Shown here: positions 27,049 through 37,209 of the stretch, in pieces
Position numbering within the stretch: position 1 is the stretch's first letter
Layout: every line of letters starts with the position of its first letter
DNA from: Myxococcota bacterium
GTDB lineage: Bacteria; Myxococcota_A; UBA9160; JAFDDA01
Length of the DNA stretch: 64,000 nt
Assembly (NCBI GenBank): GCA_965228475.1
Contig: OZ245817.1
Coordinates: 4,192,001 to 4,256,000, forward strand
Direction of reading: 5' to 3'
The notes under the pieces: generated by a model
Told to the model about the DNA's origin: nothing
What the model saw: the letters and a program-made list of their open reading frames with translations, nothing else
Database searches by the model: none
Translations under genes and position numbers: made by a program

Positions 27049-27423
27049 CTAGGTGGTTTCGCGCCGCCGCGCGAGCAGCAGCGCACCGAGGGCGATCAGG
27101 CCAGGCACGGCCTGGATGAAGAGGATCGAGGCGCTCGCCGTGGCGGCGCCGAAGACGCCTGCAACGACGACGCAGGCGAGGAAGAAGACCTTCACGTCGA
27201 AGCCGTCGTTTCCGCGCAGGAGTCCCCAGCCGAGCCCCGCAGCGAGGAAGCCGTTGTAGAGCCCCTGATTGGCCGCGAGGCTGGCCGACTGCTCCGCGAA
27301 GTCCGGCGTCGTCCCGAAGACCTGCATCCCGGTGGGCGAGGTCCAGAGGAACATCTCGAGCACCAGGAAGCCGACGTGCTGCAACGCGACGAAGGCGACG
27401 AGGGCGTTGGCGGCGAGTTTCAT
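27049..27423 (-). CDS. DUF1304 family membrane protein
   Basis: LVLEMFLW...LAANQGLYNGFLAAGL. Confidence 0.9.
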   Translation of the reverse strand: MKLAANALVAFVALQHVGFLVLEMFLWTSPTGMQVFGTTPDFAEQSASLAANQGLYNGFLAAGLGWGLLRGNDGFDVKVFFLACVVVAGVFGAATASASILFIQAVPGLIALGALLLARRRETT

Positions 27424-27854
27424 GGTGCCTCCAGAGGGTCGATGCGCAGCGTCGTGACCCGCGGCACCTCTCCCTCGACTTCGAGCCGAAGCGTAACGAG
27501 GGCCGGGGCGTTCTCAAACCGGGCCAGGAGTTCGAAGATCCCCGAGCTGCCGCCGGCGCCTGCGAAGTAGGTCTCGACTTCGAGGCTCGTGATCTCCCGG
27601 AGCGGGCCCATCCGCCGGAACAGGGAGACGGCCTCCTCGCCTCGACCGGACTGGATCTCGAGCAGCATCTCCTTCGAGACGCGATCCCGCACGTCTTCGA
27701 TGCGCCACGCTTGCGAGTAGTCCGCGAGGAAGCGTCTCACGAACGGTTCGTGATCCGCCTGGAAGTCTCCCTGAAGGCGGAACATCAGCGTCACGAGCAC
27801 GGCGAGCGCGCCGGCCGCCGCGGCCACTCCAAGCAGGAATCGCACGCTCGACAC
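27420..27854 (-). CDS. Hypothetical membrane-anchored protein
   Basis: N-terminal TM; fills the gap between the VWA and DUF1304 genes with a 4-bp overlap. Confidence 0.65.
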   Translation of the reverse strand: MSSVRFLLGVAAAAGALAVLVTLMFRLQGDFQADHEPFVRRFLADYSQAWRIEDVRDRVSKEMLLEIQSGRGEEAVSLFRRMGPLREITSLEVETYFAGAGGSSGIFELLARFENAPALVTLRLEVEGEVPRVTTLRIDPLEAP

Positions 27855-27855
27855 G

Positions 27856-28683
27856 CTAGCGCGGGAGGTCGTGCAGGCCGATGGTCGAGCCGCCCGTCTC
27901 GAGGGACACGCTCCGGATCAGACCGAAGCTGACCGACTCCGCGACGCCCCCGATGGCGATGATGTCGAGGCGCGTGCCCACGCGCGCCAGCGTTGCCGCG
28001 GCGTCGAAGGTGGCGTCCCAGTCGCTCGGGTCCGACTCGCTGGCCGGCAGGTGCGGGAGCGTGGGGATGCCGTCGGTGATCAGTACGATCCGGCGCGCGC
28101 GGCCGTCCTGCGGCCGAAGGAGCCGGTCCGACTCGCGCAGCGCGGCCTCGTAGTTCGTCCCGCCCGTCGGACCCGCCTCGAAGACGGCGTCGATGCCGTG
28201 GACGACGTGCATCAGATCGTCGGTCGGGGCGACCAGCGGCTTCGCGTCCGGCGTGGCCGGGTCGGCGTCGCCCGAGAAGATCACGAGGCCGACGCGGCTG
28301 CCCGAGGACCGTGCCTCGCGCAGCAGCGCGCAGGCGACGGAGACCTCCGCAGCCAGACGCGTCGAATCCGCAGGGACCCGGTAGCGATCAACCACCGAGA
28401 GGCCGGCCGCGTAGGCCGGCATCGAGAGCCGGGTGGATTGCGAGACGTCGATTGCGAGGACGACGTCGGTTGCGGGCTCGAAACGGAGCGAAAGCGCTTC
28501 GTCGAGGGCGCCACGCCGATCGATCTGGCAGCGATCGGGATCCGCCGGGCCCGGGTTCCAGCGCGGAACGGTCGGGCCGCACGCCAGGAGAGCAACGAAG
28601 GGCAGGATGGCGAACGCGAACTTCCACGCACCGGTTTCCGTGACACGGAACCCGAACCGTTCCCGCTTCGCCCGATTCTTCAT
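27856..28683 (-). CDS. VWA-domain lipoprotein
   Basis: LLAC lipobox; MIDAS DVSQS, GGTNY, LITDG; start uncertain. Confidence 0.8.
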   Translation of the reverse strand: MKNRAKRERFGFRVTETGAWKFAFAILPFVALLACGPTVPRWNPGPADPDRCQIDRRGALDEALSLRFEPATDVVLAIDVSQSTRLSMPAYAAGLSVVDRYRVPADSTRLAAEVSVACALLREARSSGSRVGLVIFSGDADPATPDAKPLVAPTDDLMHVVHGIDAVFEAGPTGGTNYEAALRESDRLLRPQDGRARRIVLITDGIPTLPHLPASESDPSDWDATFDAAATLARVGTRLDIIAIGGVAESVSFGLIRSVSLETGGSTIGLHDLPR

Positions 28684-28816
28684 CGCCTTCGGTGCCGCAT
28701 TCCCCGCAGCGAGCATACCAGCCAGCGCCCCCGGCGTGGGCCGCTCGGGCGGGGCGCAAGCCACACGCAGCTTGCCCGCAAGAACGCGTCGTTCGTAGAA
28801 TGACCGCTCCAAACTC

Positions 28817-29218
28817 GTGGAGGTCCCCGTGCCGCTCCCCATCACCGCTCTCTACCTCGCCGTGTTCGCGGTCTTCGCGGGCGTGCTCGCCGTCCTCCCA
28901 GGAAGGATGCGCGGGGCTGCCGGAGTCTCGGTCGGCGACGGCGGGCGCGCGGACCTGCTCGTCGCGATGCGCCGGCACGCGAACTTCATCGAGTGGGTTC
29001 CCTACTTCATGCTGATGTTCGCCGTGCTCGAGTTGAACGGCGCGTCTGCGGGTTTCCTGCACGGCATCGGCATCGCGATGATCCTCGCGCGCGTCCTGCA
29101 CGCGATCGGCCTGAAGGAAACGATCGAATCGATCCCGCGCGGGATCGGCGCGCTCGGCACGTTCCTCTTGAACCTGACCGCAGCGGGCGCGCTCGTCCGG
29201 CAGTTCCTGGCCGTCTAG
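28817..29218 (+). CDS. MAPEG family membrane protein
   Basis: VSVGDGG...MRRHANFIEWVP...ARVLHAIGL. Confidence 0.9.
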   Translation: MEVPVPLPITALYLAVFAVFAGVLAVLPGRMRGAAGVSVGDGGRADLLVAMRRHANFIEWVPYFMLMFAVLELNGASAGFLHGIGIAMILARVLHAIGLKETIESIPRGIGALGTFLLNLTAAGALVRQFLAV

Positions 29219-32200
29219 GCCCCTGGCCGAAGGGCGTCTTCGAGTCCGCACTCGCTCGCGATCCGGTCCGCCGCGGCGCGCTCGTCTGCGGCTTCCGCGG
29301 CGTCCCCGGCCTGGACGAGCAGGCTCGCGAGGTCGCGGCGATGCCGCATCTCCTGAGGCCGTGCTCCGAGCGCCGCGGTGCTCGCGACCGCGCTCCGGGC
29401 GAAGCCGATGGCGGCGTCGGTCTCTCCGCGCAGCGCGTGAAGCCCCGCGAGGGCCCCCGCGATCGGGCCTCCGTAGTTCACCGGGATGCAGAAGACGCCG
29501 TGAAGCGTCGAGACAGGCGAGAGGAGCTCGATCAACGGATCGGCGTGCCCGTCCTCACCAAGCTCGACGCAGAGGTGGGCGGCTTCGAGGATGGAGTTCA
29601 GCCAACGAATGCCGCGCGGGACCCGCGAGAAGGCATCGACGGCGATGCGCTCGAAGTAGTCGCGTGCCCGCGTTTCGTTCCCGAGGCTCAGGTGGCAGCG
29701 GCCGCAGACGCCGAGGATCCAATGGTTCGGTTGCGCTGAAGCATCGACGCCCCGCTCGAGGAGGCGAAGGGATTCCCCTGCCCTCCCCTGCCAACGCGCG
29801 GCCTCGGCGCGCTGGGCGAGCCAGCATGCGTTGGCATACGGATGGGAGATGCGGCGGCCGAGCTCCACGGCGTGCTCGGTGAGGCCGAGACCCTCGGAGA
29901 GGCGGCCTTCCATCAGTGCGATGCCGGCGTCGTAGATCGCGAGATGCCACGCGAAGCCCTGGTGCGGGCGCGTTCCGCAAAGGGCCTCGGCACGGTTGCG
30001 GCGCCGTCCGGCCGCCGCCGCGCTGCCCTCGGCGAGCGCGTCGCAGGCGGAGTCGATCAGCGCGACCAGCGCCGGGTCGCGATCGCCGGAGTCCGGGGCG
30101 AGATCCGCCAGCTCCGAGGCCAGGCTCGCGCGCTCGCCGAGCTGGTCCGGCCCGGCGAGGATGTACATCAGCGTGAAGAGCGCTTCCTGGATGGCGTCCG
30201 CATCGCCGGTCTTGCGCGCGGCGGCGAGGGCTTCGCGGCCACGCGCTTCCACCGCCGCGCGGTCCGCGCCGACCTCGAGATGCTTCGACCCGGCCTCGAG
30301 ATAGCTGAGGCGGACGAGGATCTTCGCGCGTTGCACGCTCGCCACATCACCGAGCAGTTCGAGCGCCTCGTGGAGTGCGCGCGCGGCTTCCGGATCCACG
30401 GGCGACCACTCGGTGATCTCGCAGAAGGCGATGGCCGCACGCGCGAACTCCCGCGGCCGCTCCAGCGAACGCGCGAGATCCATGGCCTGCTCGGCCCGCT
30501 CGCGCCGCGCGCCGCGCTCGCCCGCGAAGCCGTGGGCCTCGGCCAGCTCGATCAGCAGCGCCAGACGGCGATCCGCGTCGGGCGGATCGCGGTGTTCGAG
30601 GGCCGCCAGCGCCTGCTCGTAGTGCTGGGCGGCCTGGTCGTCGGCACCGAGTGCCCGCGCCTGGGTGGCAGCGCGCTCGGCGATCTCGAGGGCATGTCCC
30701 GGGTCGCCCAGGGCGAGGGAGCGGTGCAGGTGGTACGAGAGCTCCGGCAACACTTCACCGGGGTCGGCCACGAGGCGGGGCTCGAGCCGCTCGGCCACCC
30801 GGTGATGCAGGCGGACGCGCTGGTGCGGGCCCAGCCGCTCGTAGGCGGCGTCGCGAAAGAGCGCATGGGCGAAGCGGAAACGGCCCGGGTCTTCCGCGGC
30901 GGGCTCGAGCACGCCGCCCGCGACGGCCACGTCGATGCGAGAGAGGGCCGTCTCCCGGTCGACCTCGGCGATGGAGGCCACGAGCGGCACGGAAAAGTCG
31001 CGCCCGAGCGCAGCCCCGACGCTCACGAGTTCCACCGCATCCGAAGGGAGCGCATCGAGGGAGCGATGGATCAACTCGAAGGAGTGGAGCGGAAGCGCGA
31101 CCCCGCGCCGGGAGAGCGCCTCCGGGTCCGCGAGGTCGCCGCGCGTGGCGAGCAGGCGGATCGCCTCGCGCACGAAGAGCGGCACCCCCTCGGTCCGCGC
31201 GAAGACCTCCGAACTGAGTTCGCTCGGTGGGTGGCGGCCGATCGCTTCGGCGAGCAGGCTCGCGACTTCCCCGCGTGAAAGGCCGTCCAGCGGAACCTCG
31301 AGATTCCCGTCGACGCCCTTCAAGCCCGCGAGCGTGCGCCTCAAGGCAGGGTTCGGCTCGGCCTCGTCGCGCACCGTCGCCAGCAGCAGTGCCCGGCACC
31401 CGCCCACCCCGAGCGCCACGTGTTCGAGCAGACCGAGCGCCGCCGCGCTCGACCAATGCAGATCCTCGAGAACGACGAGCAGGGCCTCCCGGCGGCTGCA
31501 CTCGAACAGGCTCCGCCCCGCCGCGTCGAACAGGAGGAACTGGCGCTCTTCCTTCGAGAGGCGTTCGACCTCGGCTTCCTTGCCTCGACGCGCCTCGGCA
31601 ATGCGGTCGGTCAGCTCGGGCACCCAGCGCGCGAACTCCTTGCCGTACTCGAGCACGGGGACGAGCGCATCGGCGAACTGCGGGTGCCGCCCGAGCTCCC
31701 GGAGCACCGGCGTCCAGATCCAGAGCGGAGGAACGCCGGCCCCCTGTCGGCCATGGGCGACGATGACGCGCGCTCCGCGTGCGCCGGCACGCCGGGCGAA
31801 CTCCTGGGCGAGGCGCGACTTCCCGATCCCCGCCGGCCCCCGCAGCACCGCGACGCCGCCCCGGCCCGCGGCAGCCTGGCCCCATGCCGCATCGAGCTGG
31901 GCGAGCGCCGCTTCGCGTCCGACGAAGGGATCGCGCGGCGTCCCGGCCGGGACCGCTTCCGCCCCGGCCTTCGCGGCGTCCGGAACGCCCGGCGCGGGGA
32001 CGTGGCTCTCGACGTCCGCGCAGAACCGATACCCCCGGCGCGCGTGACTGCGGATGATCTCGCCCCGGCCGGTGTCGCCGATCGCCCGCCGGGCGTGGCT
32101 CACGGCGCGCGTCAGGGACGAGGGCGTGACGATCGTGTCGGGCCAGAGGCCCTCGTGGAGTTCGTCGAAGGAGACGACGCGCTCGCGTTCGCGCAGGAGC

Positions 32201-32307
32201 AGGCGAAGCAGCTCGTACGGCTTCGGCTGCATGCGCACGGGCTTCCCCTCGCAGCGCAACTCGCCTTTCGCCTCGTCGAGCTCGTAGTTCCCGAAGCGGT
32301 GGATCAC
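29215..32307 (-). CDS. OmpR-type winged-helix + AAA (STAND-like) ATPase + TPR-like transcriptional regulator
   Basis: FGNYELDE...RRGYRF DNA-binding domain; FVGRE, Walker A GPAGIGKS, LEDLHW, RTEGVPLF; helical C-terminus. Confidence 0.88.
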   Translation of the reverse strand: MIHRFGNYELDEAKGELRCEGKPVRMQPKPYELLRLLLRERERVVSFDELHEGLWPDTIVTPSSLTRAVSHARRAIGDTGRGEIIRSHARRGYRFCADVESHVPAPGVPDAAKAGAEAVPAGTPRDPFVGREAALAQLDAAWGQAAAGRGGVAVLRGPAGIGKSRLAQEFARRAGARGARVIVAHGRQGAGVPPLWIWTPVLRELGRHPQFADALVPVLEYGKEFARWVPELTDRIAEARRGKEAEVERLSKEERQFLLFDAAGRSLFECSRREALLVVLEDLHWSSAAALGLLEHVALGVGGCRALLLATVRDEAEPNPALRRTLAGLKGVDGNLEVPLDGLSRGEVASLLAEAIGRHPPSELSSEVFARTEGVPLFVREAIRLLATRGDLADPEALSRRGVALPLHSFELIHRSLDALPSDAVELVSVGAALGRDFSVPLVASIAEVDRETALSRIDVAVAGGVLEPAAEDPGRFRFAHALFRDAAYERLGPHQRVRLHHRVAERLEPRLVADPGEVLPELSYHLHRSLALGDPGHALEIAERAATQARALGADDQAAQHYEQALAALEHRDPPDADRRLALLIELAEAHGFAGERGARRERAEQAMDLARSLERPREFARAAIAFCEITEWSPVDPEAARALHEALELLGDVASVQRAKILVRLSYLEAGSKHLEVGADRAAVEARGREALAAARKTGDADAIQEALFTLMYILAGPDQLGERASLASELADLAPDSGDRDPALVALIDSACDALAEGSAAAAGRRRNRAEALCGTRPHQGFAWHLAIYDAGIALMEGRLSEGLGLTEHAVELGRRISHPYANACWLAQRAEAARWQGRAGESLRLLERGVDASAQPNHWILGVCGRCHLSLGNETRARDYFERIAVDAFSRVPRGIRWLNSILEAAHLCVELGEDGHADPLIELLSPVSTLHGVFCIPVNYGGPIAGALAGLHALRGETDAAIGFARSAVASTAALGARPQEMRHRRDLASLLVQAGDAAEAADERAAADRIASECGLEDALRPGA

Positions 32308-32424
32308 GGCGGACAGCTTACTGCGGGACGCCAGGCCGGGGCACCGGAATCGCCGGAACGTGCTGCGCGGCACCCGAACGAGCCGGGTGCCGCGCCCTCT
32401 CCGCCGAGCGCACGCGTGGCGCGC

Positions 32425-33504
32425 TCAGACCCCCTTCTTGCAGACGTAGAGGTAGTTCAGCGGGTCGTGCTCGAGTTCGGTGACGGTGACCTCGCCGAAG
32501 CCGGCCTCGCCGAGCATCCGGGTGGCCGTCGCCCGTCCCCACATGGCGCCGAGCCCCATGCCGTCCTGCGCCAGGGAGACGCTCATGCAGTGCATGCACG
32601 AGATCGTGTAGAGGAAGGGCGCCATCGGGCCTTCCTGGTCTTCGTGGACGTGGCTCGTCCCGGCGATGTCCTGCATCAGGAACGTCCCGTCCGGGCGCAG
32701 CGCGCTCGAGATCCCCGCGAGCACGGTGTCGGGCCGGGCCTGGTCGTGAATCGCGTCGAAGGCCGTGATGAGATCGAAGCAGTCGACGTCGTCGAGCCGC
32801 GAGACGTCGCGCACTTCGAATCGCAGGTTCGAGATGCCGTCGGCGGCAGCCGCCGCCTTGGCGTTGGTGACGGCTTCCTTCGAGAGGTCGTACCCCGTGA
32901 ACTTGCTGCGCGGGAACGCGCGGGCCATCTCGGCGAGGGCGCGCCCGCTGCCGCAGCCGACGTCGAGCACGTGGATGCCCTTCTCGAGCCGCTCGACGAT
33001 CCCGGGGACCGCGGGCAGCAGCACGTCGATCAGCACGGCCACCACCGTCTGATCGCTCTCTTCGGCCATCACCGCATGGAAGCGGTCGTAGGCATCGTAG
33101 GGAACGCCGCCTCCGTGCTCGAAGCACTCGACGATCTCGCTCTCGACGCCGCCGAGCACGGCGATCCACTGGGCCGTGGCGGCCATGTTGCCGGGCCGCG
33201 CTTCGCGCGTGAGGCACGCCGCATGCTCGGCGGGCAGGTGGTAGACCGTGCTCGCCGCGTCGACCTCCACGATGCCGCCGGTCGCCATCGCGCCGAGCCA
33301 CTCGCGGACGTAGCGCTCGTCGAGCCCCGCCCGCTCGGCGATCTCGAGCGAGGTCGCCGGCGGCATCCCGGCCATCGTGTCGAACAGGCCCGTGCGATGG
33401 CCGACCGAGGTCATGAGCGCGAGCCCGCCGGCGTTCAGGATGCCGGCCATCTTGCCGGCGAAGGCTTCGGCGCGCGCGGGGTCGAGGTTCGTTGCAGTCG
33501 TCAT
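32425..33504 (-). CDS. Class I SAM-dependent methyltransferase with N-terminal wHTH (Rv2258c-like)
   Basis: GLDERYVREWL; VLDVGCGSG; FDAIHDQARP; LGAMWG. Confidence 0.9.
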   Translation of the reverse strand: MTTATNLDPARAEAFAGKMAGILNAGGLALMTSVGHRTGLFDTMAGMPPATSLEIAERAGLDERYVREWLGAMATGGIVEVDAASTVYHLPAEHAACLTREARPGNMAATAQWIAVLGGVESEIVECFEHGGGVPYDAYDRFHAVMAEESDQTVVAVLIDVLLPAVPGIVERLEKGIHVLDVGCGSGRALAEMARAFPRSKFTGYDLSKEAVTNAKAAAAADGISNLRFEVRDVSRLDDVDCFDLITAFDAIHDQARPDTVLAGISSALRPDGTFLMQDIAGTSHVHEDQEGPMAPFLYTISCMHCMSVSLAQDGMGLGAMWGRATATRMLGEAGFGEVTVTELEHDPLNYLYVCKKGV

Positions 33505-33562
33505 GGTGTTCTCCGTGTTCTTTCGGTTCGTTCGAGGTGTCGGGCCGGTCCGGTTCAGGCGC

Positions 33563-34327
33563 CTACCAGCAGTCCGTCCGGTAGTCCGCGCGCCAGGCTT
33601 CCGGCATGCGCGGAATCAGCATGGGCGTGCGCTGCTGGTAGCGGCGGTAGGTGTCGCCGAACTCGTCGACGAGATCGCGCTCTTCGAGCCGGATGGCCAC
33701 GAGGATGTAGGCGGTCGTCATCCCGGCGAGCAGCAGGTGACCGACGGTCATGGTGGGTGTCGCCCAGAAGATGATGATCCAGGCCACGTAGATCGGGTGC
33801 CGCACGTTCTCGTAGAGCGCGGGCGTGACGAACAGGCTCTTCCGGTGCTCGGTGCCCTTCCAGTGCAGCCACGCGGGGCGCACGCCGAACAGGTCGAAGT
33901 GGTCGATCAGCGTGGTCGCGTAGAGCAGCAGAGCCCAGCCCGCGAGGTAGGCGATCGTCGTGATGCCCCGGGCGCCTTCGTCCTGGAAGTCCCAGACCAC
34001 GGTGTCGATCGGGTGCCACCAGGCGAACAGCGCCACGAAGGCCACGCTCGAGGCGAGCACGTAGGTCGCGCGCTCGGCCGGCTTCGGCACGAACTGCGTC
34101 CACCATCGCTTGAAGGCGGGCCGCGCCATCACCGAGTGCTGGAGTGCGAAGACGCCCAGCAGGAGCGCGTTCACGCCGAGTGCGGTCGCGAGCGGCGCGC
34201 TCGGGCCGCCGGCGTCGACCGTCGTCGGGACCGGGAAGCCGCCGATGAAGGCGATGGCGTAGAGGAAGACGCCGAGGAAGAAGGCGTAGGAGGCGAGACT
34301 GTAGGCGAGGATCAGGGCGCGGCGCAT
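33563..34327 (-). CDS. mddA: Methanethiol S-methyltransferase (ICMT family)
   Basis: QHSVMARPAFKRWWT, ERATYVL, HFDLFG, VRHPIY, WATPTMTVGHLL, EERDL. Confidence 0.8.
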   Translation of the reverse strand: MRRALILAYSLASYAFFLGVFLYAIAFIGGFPVPTTVDAGGPSAPLATALGVNALLLGVFALQHSVMARPAFKRWWTQFVPKPAERATYVLASSVAFVALFAWWHPIDTVVWDFQDEGARGITTIAYLAGWALLLYATTLIDHFDLFGVRPAWLHWKGTEHRKSLFVTPALYENVRHPIYVAWIIIFWATPTMTVGHLLLAGMTTAYILVAIRLEERDLVDEFGDTYRRYQQRTPMLIPRMPEAWRADYRTDCW

Positions 34328-34467
34328 GACGTTCTCCGTTCGGTGGGTCGGGGGCTTCGTTGCCCCACGGACCGCAATCTACGGAGACTTCGTCCGGCTG
34401 CCTTTACCGCCGACGAACCCTTTCCTTACCGTCCCTGCGCAGCGCTTTCACCAGCGTTTTCAGTCGC

Positions 34468-35577
34468 TTAGCGGAGCGCCTTCGAGATCACGCGGCGCTG
34501 GGCGTTGACCTCGGCGAGCTCCTTGAGCATCGCGTCGGCCACGTCCGCCCCGGCGACCTCGTCGTCCTCGGCGTCGAGCTCGGCCATGTCCACCCAGTTC
34601 GCGTACACGCCGCGGGTGCGCTCGGTGATGATCCCGGCCTTCAGCAGGGTCTTGATGAGCACCCGGAAGATGTTGGTGCTTTCGCGCATGGTCTGGCGCC
34701 GGTCCTCGTCGCTGAAGGCTTCGAGCACGGCGCCGCGCACCCACTCCCACTCGAGACCGAACTGCGGGTAGATCGCCTGCTTCTGTTCGGAGTTCACCAG
34801 ATTGAACAGCAGCACCTGGAAGCAGTGCGCCGCCCAGTCTTCGACGATCTCGTGCTGCTCCTGGCTCAGATCGGGAACGGTCTTGTCCGCCCAGATCTTC
34901 CCGAAGCGATGGTGGAAGGCTTCGTCGCTCATCACGAGCTGGATAAGCCGCTTGAGCGTCGGGTCCTGGGTGCGGCTCGCGATCGTCGCGAAGGCGCCCA
35001 TCGCGAGACCCTCGATCAGCATCTGCATGCCGACGAGCTTCTTGTAGACCTCCGGCGCGAGAACGACCTCGTCCATCAGGCTCGCGAGCGTCGGGCCGCA
35101 GCCGAGCGGGCTGCCCCAGCGCTTGTGGATGTAGCGGGCGAAGCCATTCACGTGGCGGGCCTCTTCGCGCGCCTGGTTCGAGGCGTACTCCTGGGCGCCC
35201 GGATCCCGCATGATGTGGCAGAGGCTCGCCGAGAGGCTGAAGGCGCCCTGCTCGCCGTGAAGGATGGACGAGAGCTGGAAGCGCGTGCTCTCGTTCGCGA
35301 GCAGGATCTGCTGCTTCTCGTCGAGCCGGTCGGCGACGGCGCAGTTCAGCTCCACGGTGAAGTCGCGCGGCATGATGAGCTCCTTCGTCACGTCGAAGGG
35401 CTCCGCGTCGAAGTCGATGTAGCGCGGGTCGTTCGGGTCCCAGAAGTGGTCGCGCGTCGCCGAGATGATCTCGTCGAAGGCGTCGGCGCGGTCCGCGTAG
35501 CGGTCCACTTCGATCATGGACATGAAGTCGTCGCGGTCGACGGTGTTGTACGCGGGGTCGTGGGTGATGTGGGACAT
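34468..35577 (-). CDS. Ferritin-like diiron protein (AurF-like oxygenase family)
   Basis: LHGEQGA, EEARH, IEGLAMG and DEAFH diiron ligands. Confidence 0.85.
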   Translation of the reverse strand: MSHITHDPAYNTVDRDDFMSMIEVDRYADRADAFDEIISATRDHFWDPNDPRYIDFDAEPFDVTKELIMPRDFTVELNCAVADRLDEKQQILLANESTRFQLSSILHGEQGAFSLSASLCHIMRDPGAQEYASNQAREEARHVNGFARYIHKRWGSPLGCGPTLASLMDEVVLAPEVYKKLVGMQMLIEGLAMGAFATIASRTQDPTLKRLIQLVMSDEAFHHRFGKIWADKTVPDLSQEQHEIVEDWAAHCFQVLLFNLVNSEQKQAIYPQFGLEWEWVRGAVLEAFSDEDRRQTMRESTNIFRVLIKTLLKAGIITERTRGVYANWVDMAELDAEDDEVAGADVADAMLKELAEVNAQRRVISKALR

Positions 35578-35597
35578 CGCTCGGGGCTCCTCGGCAG

Positions 35598-36227
35598 CTA
35601 ACGGGAAGGCGCTTCGGCTCCGCGCGCGATCATGCGCGCCGGAGCCAGGTGGTAAAGGGTTTCGATGATCTCTTCGCGCGTCGCCCGGGACGGGTCTTCG
35701 ACCCACCAGGCGATGACGCGAATCAGGGTGGCGGCCCGTGCCTGGGCGGCAGCAGCGGGGTGGATGCCGAGATCCTGGGTCTCGGCGAGGCGGCGGAGCG
35801 ATTCTTCGACGCGGCGGGCCGTGTCGTCGTGGATGCGCGCCGCGATCTCGCTGCTCTCGCTCCCCCGGTCGAAGGCGACGCGGATCAGGTCGCGCTTCTC
35901 CTCGGCGAATTCGGTGAGCACCTCGAGCATCGGCCGCAGGGTCTCGGCGCCCTCCTCGAGCTCGGCGAGCGCGCGCTCCTGCCGGGCACTCAACTCGGCC
36001 AGCGTCGAGAAAGCGATCTCCTCGAACAGCGCGTGCTTGTCCGCGAAGTGGAGGTAGAACGTGCCCGTCGCCACGCCGGCGCGCCGGGCGATTCCCGCGC
36101 TGGTCGCACCGTGGAGTCCGAGCTCGGCGAAGACCCGGGTCCCCGCCTCGAGGAGGCGGCGGCGGGTTTCGAGTCGGCGAAGACTGTGGCCGTTGCTCGG
36201 TTCTTGGAGGGAGGCGGAAACTGACAT
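35598..36227 (-). CDS. TetR/AcrR family regulator
   Basis: IARRAGVATGTFYLHFADKHAL HTH. Confidence 0.92.
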   Translation of the reverse strand: MSVSASLQEPSNGHSLRRLETRRRLLEAGTRVFAELGLHGATSAGIARRAGVATGTFYLHFADKHALFEEIAFSTLAELSARQERALAELEEGAETLRPMLEVLTEFAEEKRDLIRVAFDRGSESSEIAARIHDDTARRVEESLRRLAETQDLGIHPAAAAQARAATLIRVIAWWVEDPSRATREEIIETLYHLAPARMIARGAEAPSR

Positions 36228-36238
36228 GACGTTCAGTT
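36219..36238. promoter_or_regulatory. Palindromic operator over the TetR start codon
   Basis: AACTGA-CATGACGT-TCAGTT; a minus-strand TAGAAT -10 box lies at 36243-36248. Confidence 0.55.
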
Positions 36239-36380
36239 CATAATTCTAACCGGTGGTCTGGCCTCGGCAACCGGTGCACGCGGAGCCTGATTCGCCCCAG
36301 TTTCGCCATCGGGAGGGCCACCGCACCTCCCGGCAATGTGCAGGACCGCTGTAAGCTCCAGCGATCCGCAGGAGGAATCC

Positions 36381-37121
36381 GTGCCCGCGAACCGTCTCCG
36401 ACTCGCCCTCGCCGTGCTGTTCCTGGCCCCGGCGGGATGCATCCCCAACGAACCCGTCGGCGCCTGGCGGCTCCCCTACGGCTTCGGCTCCGCCGCCAAC
36501 ACCGGCGGCGCGACCCCGGGCGCCCTGGTCTTCGGCGACAGCCTGATCCACGGGCTGGTCCAGCAGGTGAGTGACGAGATCGTCGACGTCTCGGGCCTCT
36601 CGGCCGTCGCCTACGGCTCGGGCGGCGCGAGCCTCGCGCACTTCGCCAAGGCGAGCCTGCTCTCCCAGTATCCGGCGCTGCTCTCGGTCGAGGAGGGCGT
36701 CGCCTTCTTCCAGCCGCGCGTCACCGTGCTCGCCCTCATCACCAACGACGTCCGGCTCCTGCACGCCGAGCAGGACGTGGGCGGCGGCTACCGGCTCGTC
36801 GACTTCGAATGGGCCCTGGCCTCGACGATCGGTCACGCCACGGCCGACGGCCGCTGCGTCGTGCTCGTGAACATGTCCGAGCAGGTGCTGCCCGCCGTCC
36901 TCCCCTTCGCACAGGATGCGAACGCCGCCATGCAGGCCGCCGCCGACGCCAACCCGCGCGCCTTCCTCTTCGACTGGGAAGCCCACAGCGCGAGCCACCC
37001 CGAGTGGTTCATCGGGGGCGGAAACATCCACCACACCCCGGAGGGCGAGGACGCCTACGTGAGCTTCATCGCGACGGGCGTGGCCGTGGTCCACGTCTTC
37101 GGGGGCTGCACGACGCCGTGA
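36381..37121 (+). CDS. SGNH-like hydrolase lipoprotein
   Basis: GTG after GGAGG; PAGC lipobox-like; VFGDSL, ITND, GGNIHHT. Confidence 0.75.
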   Translation: MPANRLRLALAVLFLAPAGCIPNEPVGAWRLPYGFGSAANTGGATPGALVFGDSLIHGLVQQVSDEIVDVSGLSAVAYGSGGASLAHFAKASLLSQYPALLSVEEGVAFFQPRVTVLALITNDVRLLHAEQDVGGGYRLVDFEWALASTIGHATADGRCVVLVNMSEQVLPAVLPFAQDANAAMQAAADANPRAFLFDWEAHSASHPEWFIGGGNIHHTPEGEDAYVSFIATGVAVVHVFGGCTTP

Positions 37122-37209
37122 ATCAATCGGGGGACCGAAGCGTCTCCTTCCGAACCGTTTGAACCGCTTCGTAGGCCCGCCGCTGCCCCCGCGGCGTCAG
37201 GAGGAACCC

